Under the pieces are notes generated by a model that worked only from the letters and a program-made list of their open reading frames with translations, had not been told where the DNA came from and did no database searches. Shown here piece by piece: positions 1-8,499 of a DNA stretch of 52,752 nucleotides. This DNA is from Candidatus Levyibacteriota bacterium (GTDB lineage Bacteria; Patescibacteriota; Microgenomatia; Levybacterales; UBA12049). Within the stretch, counting starts at the first letter, position 1. Each line of letters begins with the position of its first letter. A program made the translations under genes and the position numbers. The stretch covers positions 1-52,752 of the forward strand of contig JACOXW010000011.1 of NCBI GenBank assembly GCA_016182205.1. Direction: 5' to 3'.

Positions 1-1
1 A

Positions 2-154
2 AGACAGTTTCTACAATTTATGCTTCAGAACTCTGTTTTGAATGGAAGAGAGCTTGATTTAACGCTCCAAAAACCCTTTAACGGCCTACTCGTTTATACT
101 GAAAGTCAGAATTGGCTCCCCCGCGAGGACTCGAACCTCGAACCTAGCGATTAA
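2..154 (+). CDS. C-terminal fragment of a probable large serine recombinase (integrase), truncated by the window edge, reading into tRNA-Asn antisense
   Basis: Open frame from base 2 to TAA 152-154: RQFLQFMLQNSVLNGRELDLTLQKPFNGLLVYTESQNWLPREDSNLEPSD*. Resembles recombinase C-termini of the form RQLL.F..QN..L.G..L....KPF...WLP..DSN (recalled pattern). The catalytic domain lies outside the window. Confidence 0.6.
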   Translation, partial: RQFLQFMLQNSVLNGRELDLTLQKPFNGLLVYTESQNWLPREDSNLEPSD

Positions 155-187
155 CAGTCGCGCGCTCTACCATTGAGCTACAGGGGA
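113..187 (-). tRNA. tRNA-Asn(GTT), CCA encoded
   Basis: Reverse complement TCCCCTGTAGCTCAATGGTAGAGCGCGCGACTGTTAATCGCTAGGTTCGAGGTTCGAGTCCTCGCGGGGGAGCCA folds as a cloverleaf with anticodon GTT. Confidence 0.96.
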
Positions 188-322
188 ATATCAATGTGCC
201 TGTCATATTCTACCATCTCAGTGACTGCCTGCCAACCCCTCTTCTTACACTACTGCCGCACTTTATTAACTGAATTATTACGAAAAGGCGGTAGTCTTTT
301 CTTAAAGAAAGGAGGTGAGGGT

Positions 323-481
323 ATGACCAAGCAACAAGATGACCAAAACATGGATAAAGAGCAAAAGCCTGCCGGTGAAAAAGGCGGCAAAAGCATCGGC
401 GAAACAGATGAGCGGAGCGGTCAAATGAATGATCAATCTCTGGATGAGTGGATGGAAGATGATTACGCCAACGAAAAGTAA
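323..481 (+). CDS. 52-aa acidic KGG-motif (GsiB/YciG-like) stress protein
   Basis: Strong SD AAAGGAGGTGAG at 308-319 before ATG 323; hydrophilic product with AGEKGGKS motif; hairpin downstream. Confidence 0.65.
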   Translation: MTKQQDDQNMDKEQKPAGEKGGKSIGETDERSGQMNDQSLDEWMEDDYANEK

Positions 482-489
482 GAGTGAGT

Positions 490-511
490 CACAGGTAGCA
501 TCCTACCTGTG
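490..511. terminator. Hairpin between convergent small ORF and rpoD
   Basis: CACAGGTAG-catc-CTACCTGTG, perfect 9-bp stem. Confidence 0.6.
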
Positions 512-515
512 GAAT

Positions 516-1598
516 TTATCCTAAATAATCTCTCAATTTATTCCCTCGTGAAGGATGTCTAAGTTTACGAAGAGCTTTGGCTTCAATTTGCCGGATACGC
601 TCACGGGTAACTGCAAACGTTCTCCCTACCTCTTCCAGTGTTTTTGGTTTTCCATCCTTGAGGCCGAATCGTTCCTCAAGTACTCTTCTTTCTCTATCAG
701 AAAGCGTCTCAAGCACCTGTTCTACCTGTTCTTTTAGAAGCTCCCGGGACGCGGTATCAAAGAGTGTTGGCGCATTGGTATCATGGATAAAATCTCCGAG
801 TCTACTGTCTTCTTCATCTCCCACAGGAGACTCAAGACTGGCTGGTTCTTGAGAAATCTTGATAATCTCAAGCGCTTTATCAGGCTCAATTCCCAGTACT
901 TTTGCTACTTCCTCAGGTGTCGGTTCACGACCAAGTTCCTGCATAAGTTTTCGGGATGTCCGTAAAAAACGATTAATATTCTCAACCATGTGTACCGGGA
1001 TACGTATGGTACGTGCCTGATCGGCAATGGCACGGGTGATAGACTGTCGAATCCACCATGTAGCGTATGTTGAGAATTTATAACCCCTTCGCCAATCATA
1101 TTTTTCAACCGCACGAATAAGACCCTGATTTCCCTCCTGTATCAAATCCAAAAGCGTGAGTCCACGCCCGACATATTTTTTGGCAATTGAAACTACCAAG
1201 CGCAGGTTAGACGTTATGAGCTTTTTTTTCGCTTCACGATCTCCTTTTTCCACACGTTTCGCAAGAGAGATTTCTTCCTCAAATTTTAAAAGGGGGATTC
1301 TGCCAATCTCTTTCAGGTACATCCTTACAGGATCAGATACTGTCCCTTCGGTGAGAACTGTAAGCGCCTCAAGCTCTTTCTCCAGCTGCTCAATCGGTTT
1401 TTCGTCTCCTCCCTGTTCTGAAACGCTTTCAAATACATCAACATTTAGCTTGAAGAGTTTATCGTATAATTCATCAATTTCCGGAATATGCTGTTCAGGC
1501 ATGGGATAGAGATTTAAGATCTCATCTTGCGTGATATAACCACGCTTTTTGGCTGATGAGACGATTTCACTGATTTTCTTGGCTGCAGCCTGCTTCAT
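516..1598 (-). CDS. rpoD: RNA polymerase primary sigma factor
   Basis: [35 protein letters not shown] and [18 protein letters not shown] motifs; follows dnaG. Confidence 0.97.
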   Translation of the reverse strand: MKQAAAKKISEIVSSAKKRGYITQDEILNLYPMPEQHIPEIDELYDKLFKLNVDVFESVSEQGGDEKPIEQLEKELEALTVLTEGTVSDPVRMYLKEIGRIPLLKFEEEISLAKRVEKGDREAKKKLITSNLRLVVSIAKKYVGRGLTLLDLIQEGNQGLIRAVEKYDWRRGYKFSTYATWWIRQSITRAIADQARTIRIPVHMVENINRFLRTSRKLMQELGREPTPEEVAKVLGIEPDKALEIIKISQEPASLESPVGDEEDSRLGDFIHDTNAPTLFDTASRELLKEQVEQVLETLSDRERRVLEERFGLKDGKPKTLEEVGRTFAVTRERIRQIEAKALRKLRHPSRGNKLRDYLG

Positions 1599-1653
1599 AG
1601 TACCCTATATTCTACCACACAAAGCCGAGAAAAAGAAGGCTAGGTCAGTATTT

Positions 1654-3423
1654 TTACTCTTTTAAAAGAAGACTAAGTTCCGAAAAACGGCTTTGGAGTT
1701 TTTTAATGTCTTCATTTTCTAAATCGCCACCAGTAGTTTTTTCCCGAATCTTTTCTGCAAGCACTTTTAATTGTGTACGGATATAGAGCGTGCGCAGTTC
1801 TTTGGCTGCTTTTTTAATTTCTTTAAATAATTGTTCCCCCGTTTCAAATTTCGGCAGCTGGTAAAGAAATGATGTATTATAAGATGTCAAAAGTTCCTGC
1901 GGTAACTGGTTTCCGAATGTCTTACTGTCAAAATGTTCCTCTTTTTGAAAGTGCTCAAAAAGACGATAAATTACTTTCTGATATGCCCGCTCTTTTGTCA
2001 CGGTTTGCGAAAGAATTGCCACTGTTTCCTGTACTGCTTTTTTGGGAGAATCGCTTTGAAGAATCAGAGATACCAAATATTCCTCAAGCATCTCTTCACG
2101 TTCTTTCTTTTTATGCTGATGTATATGTTGTGTTGATATTTCTTCTTTCTTTCCTTTCTCCACCTGCCGCTGTAGACTTTCATATGACGTATCAAGTGAG
2201 TCAGCAAGCTTACGGAAGTAATGCTCTTTTACGATTTCGTTTTGAATGCCCTCAAACAGGGGAAGCAGTTCTTCAGAAATTGCCCGTTTCCCAGTTGGAG
2301 TTTTCACGTCAAGTCTCTCTATGGCTTCCCTGAGTAAATAATCATATACGTCAACGTCGTGCTTTACCGCCTGTTTATATGCGTATGGGTCAGTTTTCAA
2401 CGCTTCATCAGGATCTTTCGCATTCTTATCGGAGATAACCGTAATTGTCCGTCCATATTGTTCTAAAAAGGGAACACTGCGTTTTACCGCATTTTCTCCC
2501 GCAGTATCCTGATCAAAGGCAAGCGTTATCTTTGTGGCAAATCTACTCAGAAGTCTTGCCTGTTCCTGCGTCAATGAACTTCCCTTCACAGCTACCGTAT
2601 TGCCAATCCCTTCCTGAAAAGATGAGATAACGTCGAATTCTCCCTCTGTGACAATGACTCTGTCTTCTTTCCTGATTTCACTTTTTGCGATATTGAGTCC
2701 GAAAAATGCCTGACCTTTATGATATACCAATGTTTCACGAGTATTCACGTACTTTGGCCCAGTTGCCTCATCAGAAAGAATTCTGCCTGAAAACCCCACC
2801 ACATTATCACGGTGATCAACAAGCGGAAAAATAACCCGATTTGTAAAGAAATCTACTAATCGTCCACCCCGTAGATACCCAAGTCCTGCTTCTAACACAT
2901 CGTCTTTTTTATACTTTTTCTTCTGCAGCAGGAAATTCATCAAGGCATTCCCGCTTGGCGGAGCATAGCCTAATTTGAATGTTTTGATAACTTTCTCGTC
3001 AATCTTTCTATCTCTTGTTAAATATGTCAATGCTTTTTCCCCTGCAGGATGTTTCATGAGGACAAAATGATAGAATTCCTCAGCCAAACGGTTTAGTGTA
3101 TAGAGAATCTCTTTCTTGGACGTTATCTGAGAGTTTTTTTCATCTTGCTCTATCTTTATTCCTGTTCTTTTTGATAGAAAACGAAGTGCTTCGGGAAACT
3201 CCATGTGTTCATATTCCATAAGAAAGGAAAAGGCATCTCCTCCTTTTTGGCAACCGAAACAATGCCACATTTGTCTTTCAGGAGAAACCACAAAGGAGGG
3301 GGTCTTCTCCCCATGAAACGGACACAGTGCCTTAAAATTTCTTCCTGCTTTTTTAAGGGTAATATATTCTGAAAGCAAAGCGACCACATCTGTAGCATCA
3401 CGAATCTGAGCAATCTGATCCAT
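1654..3423 (-). CDS. dnaG: DNA primase
   Basis: CPFHGEKTPSF...CFGC zinc finger, KYVN, TOPRIM EGEFD and FDQD; start placed at MDQIAQI. Confidence 0.96.
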   Translation of the reverse strand: MDQIAQIRDATDVVALLSEYITLKKAGRNFKALCPFHGEKTPSFVVSPERQMWHCFGCQKGGDAFSFLMEYEHMEFPEALRFLSKRTGIKIEQDEKNSQITSKKEILYTLNRLAEEFYHFVLMKHPAGEKALTYLTRDRKIDEKVIKTFKLGYAPPSGNALMNFLLQKKKYKKDDVLEAGLGYLRGGRLVDFFTNRVIFPLVDHRDNVVGFSGRILSDEATGPKYVNTRETLVYHKGQAFFGLNIAKSEIRKEDRVIVTEGEFDVISSFQEGIGNTVAVKGSSLTQEQARLLSRFATKITLAFDQDTAGENAVKRSVPFLEQYGRTITVISDKNAKDPDEALKTDPYAYKQAVKHDVDVYDYLLREAIERLDVKTPTGKRAISEELLPLFEGIQNEIVKEHYFRKLADSLDTSYESLQRQVEKGKKEEISTQHIHQHKKKEREEMLEEYLVSLILQSDSPKKAVQETVAILSQTVTKERAYQKVIYRLFEHFQKEEHFDSKTFGNQLPQELLTSYNTSFLYQLPKFETGEQLFKEIKKAAKELRTLYIRTQLKVLAEKIREKTTGGDLENEDIKKLQSRFSELSLLLKE

Positions 3424-3455
3424 ATTATAATCAGGCCTATTGTACCACTTAGGGG

Positions 3456-3484
3456 TTGCGTTTCCCAATAAGGTTGCGTACAAT
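3456..3484 (+). promoter_or_regulatory. sigma70-type promoter of the purA operon
   Basis: TTGCGT-17 nt-TACAAT, 12 nt before ATG 3497; a divergent TGgTACAAT box serves dnaG. Confidence 0.5.
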
Positions 3485-3496
3485 ACGGACGTCTTT

Positions 3497-4771
3497 ATGC
3501 CAGTGACATTGATCATCGGCGCACAATGGGGAGACGAAGGAAAAGGTAAGATTATTGACGTTCTTTCGAAAGATTCCCACTACGTTATCCGTTTTCACGG
3601 CGGTAATAACGCAGGGCATACTGTTATTAATCAATTTGGTAAATTCGGTCTCCATTTGATTCCTTCCGGTATTTTTACAAAAAAGGCAACCGCGCTTATT
3701 ACCAACGGTACTGTTTTGGATCTTGAAGTACTTTTAGAAGAAATTGAACAAATTGAAAAAGCAGGCATACAGGTAAAAAACCGCCTGATTATCTCACCCC
3801 GCTGTCATATTATTATGCCCTACCACAAACTTCTGGACAAACTCTACGAAGAAGCAAAGGGCAAAGGAAAAACAGGAACAACAGGACGCGGTATAGGACC
3901 TGTATATGCTGACAAAGTCAGTTATAACGGCATTCGACTCTACGATCTACTAAATCCTAGATTGTTTTCGCAAAAACTTCAAACACAACTTACGGTAAAA
4001 AATAAAATCATCACCGCGCTAGGCGAAAAAGCGCTTTCTCAAAAAGAGATTGAAAAACAGTTTGCAAAATTTCGGCAAAAGTTAAAACCATATGTTAAAG
4101 AAGCGTATCCACTCATTCAACAGGCTCTTGAGAAAAAGCAGCGTATTCTTTTGGAAGGTGCGCAAGGTATGTTTTTGGACAATGATTGGGGAACGTATCC
4201 TTTTGTAACAGCGTCAACGATTGTTACGGGAGGAGCAAACGCAGGAGCAGGTATTGCCCCACGCCATATCAAAAACGTTGTCGGTGTGGTCAAAGCATAC
4301 ACGACGCGTGTAGGATCAGGTCCTTTCCCCACAGAACTGGTAGATAAAATAGGAGAAAAACTCCGATCAGAAGGCGCTGAATTTGGTGTTACCACCGGAA
4401 GAGCCAGACGTTGCGGATGGTTTGACGCACAGCTTATCCGTTTTGCAGCACAAATCAATGGTTTTACTGACATAGCAATTACAAAATTGGATGTACTGGA
4501 CACCTTTGAAGAAATCAAAGTCTGTATAGGATATACGCTTAACGGAAAACCTGTATCCTACGTTGACGGAGACGTGGAATTTTTAACAAAAATAAAGCCT
4601 GTGTATAAAACAATGAAAGGGTGGAATACAAACACCAAAGGGACAAAAGAATATAACAAACTCCCAGGTAATGCAAAGAAGTATTTGCAAGAACTGAAAA
4701 AGCTTATCGGGACTAAAATCTCCTACGTCTCAACCGGCGAAAAACGGGAAGATATCATAATCGTCAAGTAG
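3497..4771 (+). CDS. purA: Adenylosuccinate synthetase
   Basis: GAQWGDEGKGK, GGNNAGHT, GTTGRGIGP, EGAQG and TTGRARRCGW motifs. Confidence 0.97.
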   Translation: MPVTLIIGAQWGDEGKGKIIDVLSKDSHYVIRFHGGNNAGHTVINQFGKFGLHLIPSGIFTKKATALITNGTVLDLEVLLEEIEQIEKAGIQVKNRLIISPRCHIIMPYHKLLDKLYEEAKGKGKTGTTGRGIGPVYADKVSYNGIRLYDLLNPRLFSQKLQTQLTVKNKIITALGEKALSQKEIEKQFAKFRQKLKPYVKEAYPLIQQALEKKQRILLEGAQGMFLDNDWGTYPFVTASTIVTGGANAGAGIAPRHIKNVVGVVKAYTTRVGSGPFPTELVDKIGEKLRSEGAEFGVTTGRARRCGWFDAQLIRFAAQINGFTDIAITKLDVLDTFEEIKVCIGYTLNGKPVSYVDGDVEFLTKIKPVYKTMKGWNTNTKGTKEYNKLPGNAKKYLQELKKLIGTKISYVSTGEKREDIIIVK

Positions 4772-4790
4772 TTTTCTTCAAAGGAATTAT

Positions 4791-5570
4791 ATGAAATATA
4801 AAACGTGTAAATATAAAGCACTCATGCTTGATATTGACGGCACCCTTATTCCATATATATTCACCGCACTCCCTTCACCCACCGTTAAAAGAGCGATAAA
4901 AAAAGCACAAAAAAATGTGGTGATTTGTCTTGTTACCGGAAGATCATATGCTTTTGTCAGACACTTACTGGAAGATCTGAATATGCATTCAGGGTATGCA
5001 GTTGTGAACAACGGTGCGAATGTCGTGAATATAAAAACAGAAGAACTGCTCTATGATCAACCTATTGAAAAAACGGATGCAGAAGAAGTCTTACAAACCT
5101 TACGGAAAAATAATTTCTCATTTTATGTAAAAGATGAATATGATTCCAAGGCATACTCGGAAGGAATCTTCTCAACAGATCAAAAACTCCAGAAAGCTTA
5201 TATGTTTTTTGCAATAGAAGAATACTCATCTGAAACAATTGATAATCTCTTCAATCAACTTTCTCATATACCGCACCTTACTCTACATAAAACTCATAAT
5301 CAAGACCCAAAAAAGTTCGGATTTAACATCTCGCATGTAAACGCGACTAAATTACAGGGAATTGAAGCTATTATGAAATCACTACACTTAAAGCAAAACG
5401 AAGTGATTGGTGTAGGCGACAGTTATAATGATTTTCCTCTCTTGATGGCCTGCGGACTAAAAGTGGCCATGGGAAACGCTATTGAAGACCTAAAAGCTAT
5501 TGCTGATTATATCGCGCCTTCTGTAGAAGAAGACGGAGTAGCAGATGTGATAGAAAAGTTTATTTTATAA
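4791..5570 (+). CDS. Cof-type HAD-IIB phosphatase
   Basis: DIDGTL, VTGR, GDSYND, AMGNA and EDGVA motifs. Confidence 0.9.
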   Translation: MKYKTCKYKALMLDIDGTLIPYIFTALPSPTVKRAIKKAQKNVVICLVTGRSYAFVRHLLEDLNMHSGYAVVNNGANVVNIKTEELLYDQPIEKTDAEEVLQTLRKNNFSFYVKDEYDSKAYSEGIFSTDQKLQKAYMFFAIEEYSSETIDNLFNQLSHIPHLTLHKTHNQDPKKFGFNISHVNATKLQGIEAIMKSLHLKQNEVIGVGDSYNDFPLLMACGLKVAMGNAIEDLKAIADYIAPSVEEDGVADVIEKFIL

Positions 5571-5623
5571 AACTCACCCTTTTACATTTCTAAGGAATTT
5601 ATGTTATATATTAACTGTATCTA

Positions 5624-7018
5624 ATGAAGTCTTTTGACTATTCTACTTATCTTTCTCCTTTTACCTGGCGGTACGGTTCAAAGGAAATGCGCACGATTTG
5701 GTCTGAGGAAAATAAAAGAAAACTCTGGCGAAAAATTTGGGTGGCACTGGCAAAAGCACAACACAAAGAAGGACTGGTCTCAAAAAAAGAACTGGATGAT
5801 CTCGTAAAGCATCAAAACGACATTGATATTCAAAGAGCACACAAAATCGAAAAAGAAATTTACCATGATGTCATGGCAGAAATAAAAGTATACTCTCAAC
5901 AATGCAAAATAGGAGGAGGGAAGATACATTTCGGCGCAACATCAACAGATGTTATTGATAACGCAGACATCATGCAGATAAAAGAAGCGCTGGGAATAGT
6001 AAAAACCAAAGTATCAATGCTTCTTCGTAATTTCGCAGTGCAAATAGAAAAATACCAGGATACTGTTTGTATGGGCTACACGCATCTCCAACCTGCAGAA
6101 CCGACAACACTAGGCTATCGCTTATCGCTGTACGCACAGGATTTACTCTGGGATCTACAGTTTATTGAGAAGATTGACTCGTTTATAAAAGGTAAAGGAA
6201 TAAAAGGCGCTGTAGGAACATCCGCAAGTTACGAGAAAATCCTTAGCGATACAAAAACGGATGCATTCGGCTTGGAAAAAGAGGTTATGAAAAACCTAGG
6301 TCTTGACTCTGTTGCTGTCTCTGGGCAAACATACCCAAGAAAAATCGATTGGCTTATTACAGTTGCGTTAGCCAATATTGCAGGTTCATTACATAAATTT
6401 AATTTTGATCTTCGCATCATGCAATCACCGAATTTTGGCGAGTGGTCCGAACCAAGAAGCACAAAAAGAGTTGGTTCCTCTGCTATGCCTTTTAAGAAAA
6501 ATCCGGACAAGGCAGAAAAAGTATGCTCTCTGTGTCGGTATGTTGCATCGCTTCTGAACGTTTCATGGAGCAATCCTGCCTTCTCGCTTCTTGAAAGAAC
6601 GCTTGATGATTCTGCTAATAGAAGGTTTTTTATTCCTGATAGCTTTTTGGCAATTGATGAGTGCCTTCAGACAACCAACAGTTTTGTAAAAGATTTTGTC
6701 GTTTTTGAGGATATAATTGAAGTAAATTTACAAAAATATGGCGTTTTTTCCTGCACGGAAAGTCTCATGATGGAACTTGTTAAAAGAGGCGCCAACAGAC
6801 AAGAGATGCATGAGGTGATTAGAAAGCATTCTATGACTGCGTGGCAAGAAGTGTCAAAAGGAAATAAAAACATCCTTACTGATCTCTTGTCAAATGACGA
6901 AAGGGTGTTAAAATATATTCAAAAAGAAGACGTTGCACATTTTTTTAATCCAAAAGAACATATAGGGATTGCGCACGAAAGAGTGAAAAGGTTTTTAGCA
7001 ACGCTTACGAATAGATGA
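5624..7018 (+). CDS. purB: Adenylosuccinate lyase
   Basis: HDVMA, HFGATSTD, THLQPAEPTT and GSSAMPFKKNP fumarase-family signature. Confidence 0.95.
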   Translation: MKSFDYSTYLSPFTWRYGSKEMRTIWSEENKRKLWRKIWVALAKAQHKEGLVSKKELDDLVKHQNDIDIQRAHKIEKEIYHDVMAEIKVYSQQCKIGGGKIHFGATSTDVIDNADIMQIKEALGIVKTKVSMLLRNFAVQIEKYQDTVCMGYTHLQPAEPTTLGYRLSLYAQDLLWDLQFIEKIDSFIKGKGIKGAVGTSASYEKILSDTKTDAFGLEKEVMKNLGLDSVAVSGQTYPRKIDWLITVALANIAGSLHKFNFDLRIMQSPNFGEWSEPRSTKRVGSSAMPFKKNPDKAEKVCSLCRYVASLLNVSWSNPAFSLLERTLDDSANRRFFIPDSFLAIDECLQTTNSFVKDFVVFEDIIEVNLQKYGVFSCTESLMMELVKRGANRQEMHEVIRKHSMTAWQEVSKGNKNILTDLLSNDERVLKYIQKEDVAHFFNPKEHIGIAHERVKRFLATLTNR

Positions 7019-7533
7019 AAAAACCTCTTATTTCTATTATGGTAGGTTCCGATTCTGATCTTCTCGTACTGTCAGACGCGGTAAAAGTTTTGGACCAGTT
7101 CGGTGTAAGCTTTGAAATCACAGTCTCGTCTGCTCACAGATCTCCTGAAAGAACTCTCCGTTTGGTTCATAACTATTATAAAAACGGTGTAAAGGTCATT
7201 ATCGCTGCAGCTGGTCTGGCTGCTCATTTAGCCGGAGTTGTCGCTGCACATTTTCCGCTTCCTGTCATAGGTGTTCCTCTAAAGGGAGGGGCACTACAAG
7301 GCATTGACGCACTTTACTCAACGGTACAGATGCCTCCGGGAATTCCAGTTGCAACTGTAGGTATTGATAATGCAAAGAATGCTGGGCTTTTAGCAGTACA
7401 AATTTTAGCTGTCGCTGATAAAGCTCTTGAAAAAAAACTGACTACCTATAAAAAAGCTTTAAGTAAAACTGTTGAGGAAAAAGCAAAAAAGTTAGATGCT
7501 GTAGGCTTAAAACAATACATTTCCGAAAAGTAA
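7015..7533 (+). CDS. purE: N5-CAIR mutase (class I PurE)
   Basis: GSDSD, SAHRSP, AAHLAG, PVIGVP and VQMPPGIPVATV motifs. Confidence 0.95.
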   Translation: MKKPLISIMVGSDSDLLVLSDAVKVLDQFGVSFEITVSSAHRSPERTLRLVHNYYKNGVKVIIAAAGLAAHLAGVVAAHFPLPVIGVPLKGGALQGIDALYSTVQMPPGIPVATVGIDNAKNAGLLAVQILAVADKALEKKLTTYKKALSKTVEEKAKKLDAVGLKQYISEK

Positions 7534-8498
7534 TGACGACAAAAAAAACCGCGATTAATCATATCCTATATGTTCTCAAAACAGTGAACCTAAAAAGCTT
7601 AGGGCCCAAACGCCAAGGAAAAGTCCGCGACATCTATATTCTTAAAGATAAACGTATCATCGTTACTACAGATAGACAATCAGCGTTTGATAAAGTCCTT
7701 GGATACATCCCGTTTAAAGGACAGGTTCTTACTCAAATCAGCGCCTTCTGGTTTGATAAAACTAAAGATATTATCCAAAACCACATCATTGCAGTACCTG
7801 ACCCAAACGTTATGGTTGTAAAAAACTGTGAAATAATTCCTATCGAAATGGTCGTGAGAGGATATATTACCGGTGTAACCGACACATCCATCTGGGGAAG
7901 CTACGAAAAAGGAGAACGCATTATATACGGTCTGAAATTTCCGGACGGACTTAAGAAAAATCAAAAATTGCCAAAACCGGTTATTACCCCAACTACAAAA
8001 GCTGAAAAAGGACACGATGAGCGTCTCACAGAAGATGAAATTTTAAAAAGAAAGATTGTTTCAAAAGCTATGTGGAGACAAATGAAAGAGGTTTCACTCG
8101 CTCTTTTTGCCAGAGGCCAACGCATTTGCCAAAGGGCGGGTATCATTCTGGTAGATACAAAGTATGAATTTGGAATTTACAAAGGAAAACTCATGTTGAT
8201 TGATGAAATTCATACACCGGATTCCTCACGTTACTGGACACTAAAAACATATAAAGATAGGTTTAAAAAAGGTTTAGAGCCGCAAAGCCACGATAAAGAA
8301 CCACTTCGTATGTGGTTTAAGCAAAAAGGATATACAGGTGAAGGAAAAGCCCCTACTATGCCAGCTGATTTTGTTGCTACGATAAGTCTTCTATACCAAT
8401 CAATTTATGAAAAGATAACCAAGAAAAAATTTATCGCTGATACAGCAACCAATATTGAAAAAAGAATCCAAAAGAATATTCAAGCATATACTCTTTAA
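7533..8498 (+). CDS. purC: SAICAR synthetase (long type)
   Basis: [30 protein letters not shown] and [12 protein letters not shown] motifs. Confidence 0.95.
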   Translation: MTTKKTAINHILYVLKTVNLKSLGPKRQGKVRDIYILKDKRIIVTTDRQSAFDKVLGYIPFKGQVLTQISAFWFDKTKDIIQNHIIAVPDPNVMVVKNCEIIPIEMVVRGYITGVTDTSIWGSYEKGERIIYGLKFPDGLKKNQKLPKPVITPTTKAEKGHDERLTEDEILKRKIVSKAMWRQMKEVSLALFARGQRICQRAGIILVDTKYEFGIYKGKLMLIDEIHTPDSSRYWTLKTYKDRFKKGLEPQSHDKEPLRMWFKQKGYTGEGKAPTMPADFVATISLLYQSIYEKITKKKFIADTATNIEKRIQKNIQAYTL

Positions 8499-8499
8499 G

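Noticed and set aside
173-322. Long N-terminus of the 102-aa ORF
   Set aside because: It overlaps tRNA-Asn and its promoter; the strong SD points to ATG 323.
3424-3496. Purine or ZTP riboswitch, or PurR box, ahead of the pur operon
   Set aside because: The spacer is only 73 nt with a very short leader; no aptamer or operator was recognised. The repeated GGTTGCGT is too short to call.
3424-3516. Overlapping divergent starts of dnaG and purA given in the ORF track
   Set aside because: Homology begins at MDQIAQ (3423) and MPVTLIIG (3497); the gap holds promoter boxes.
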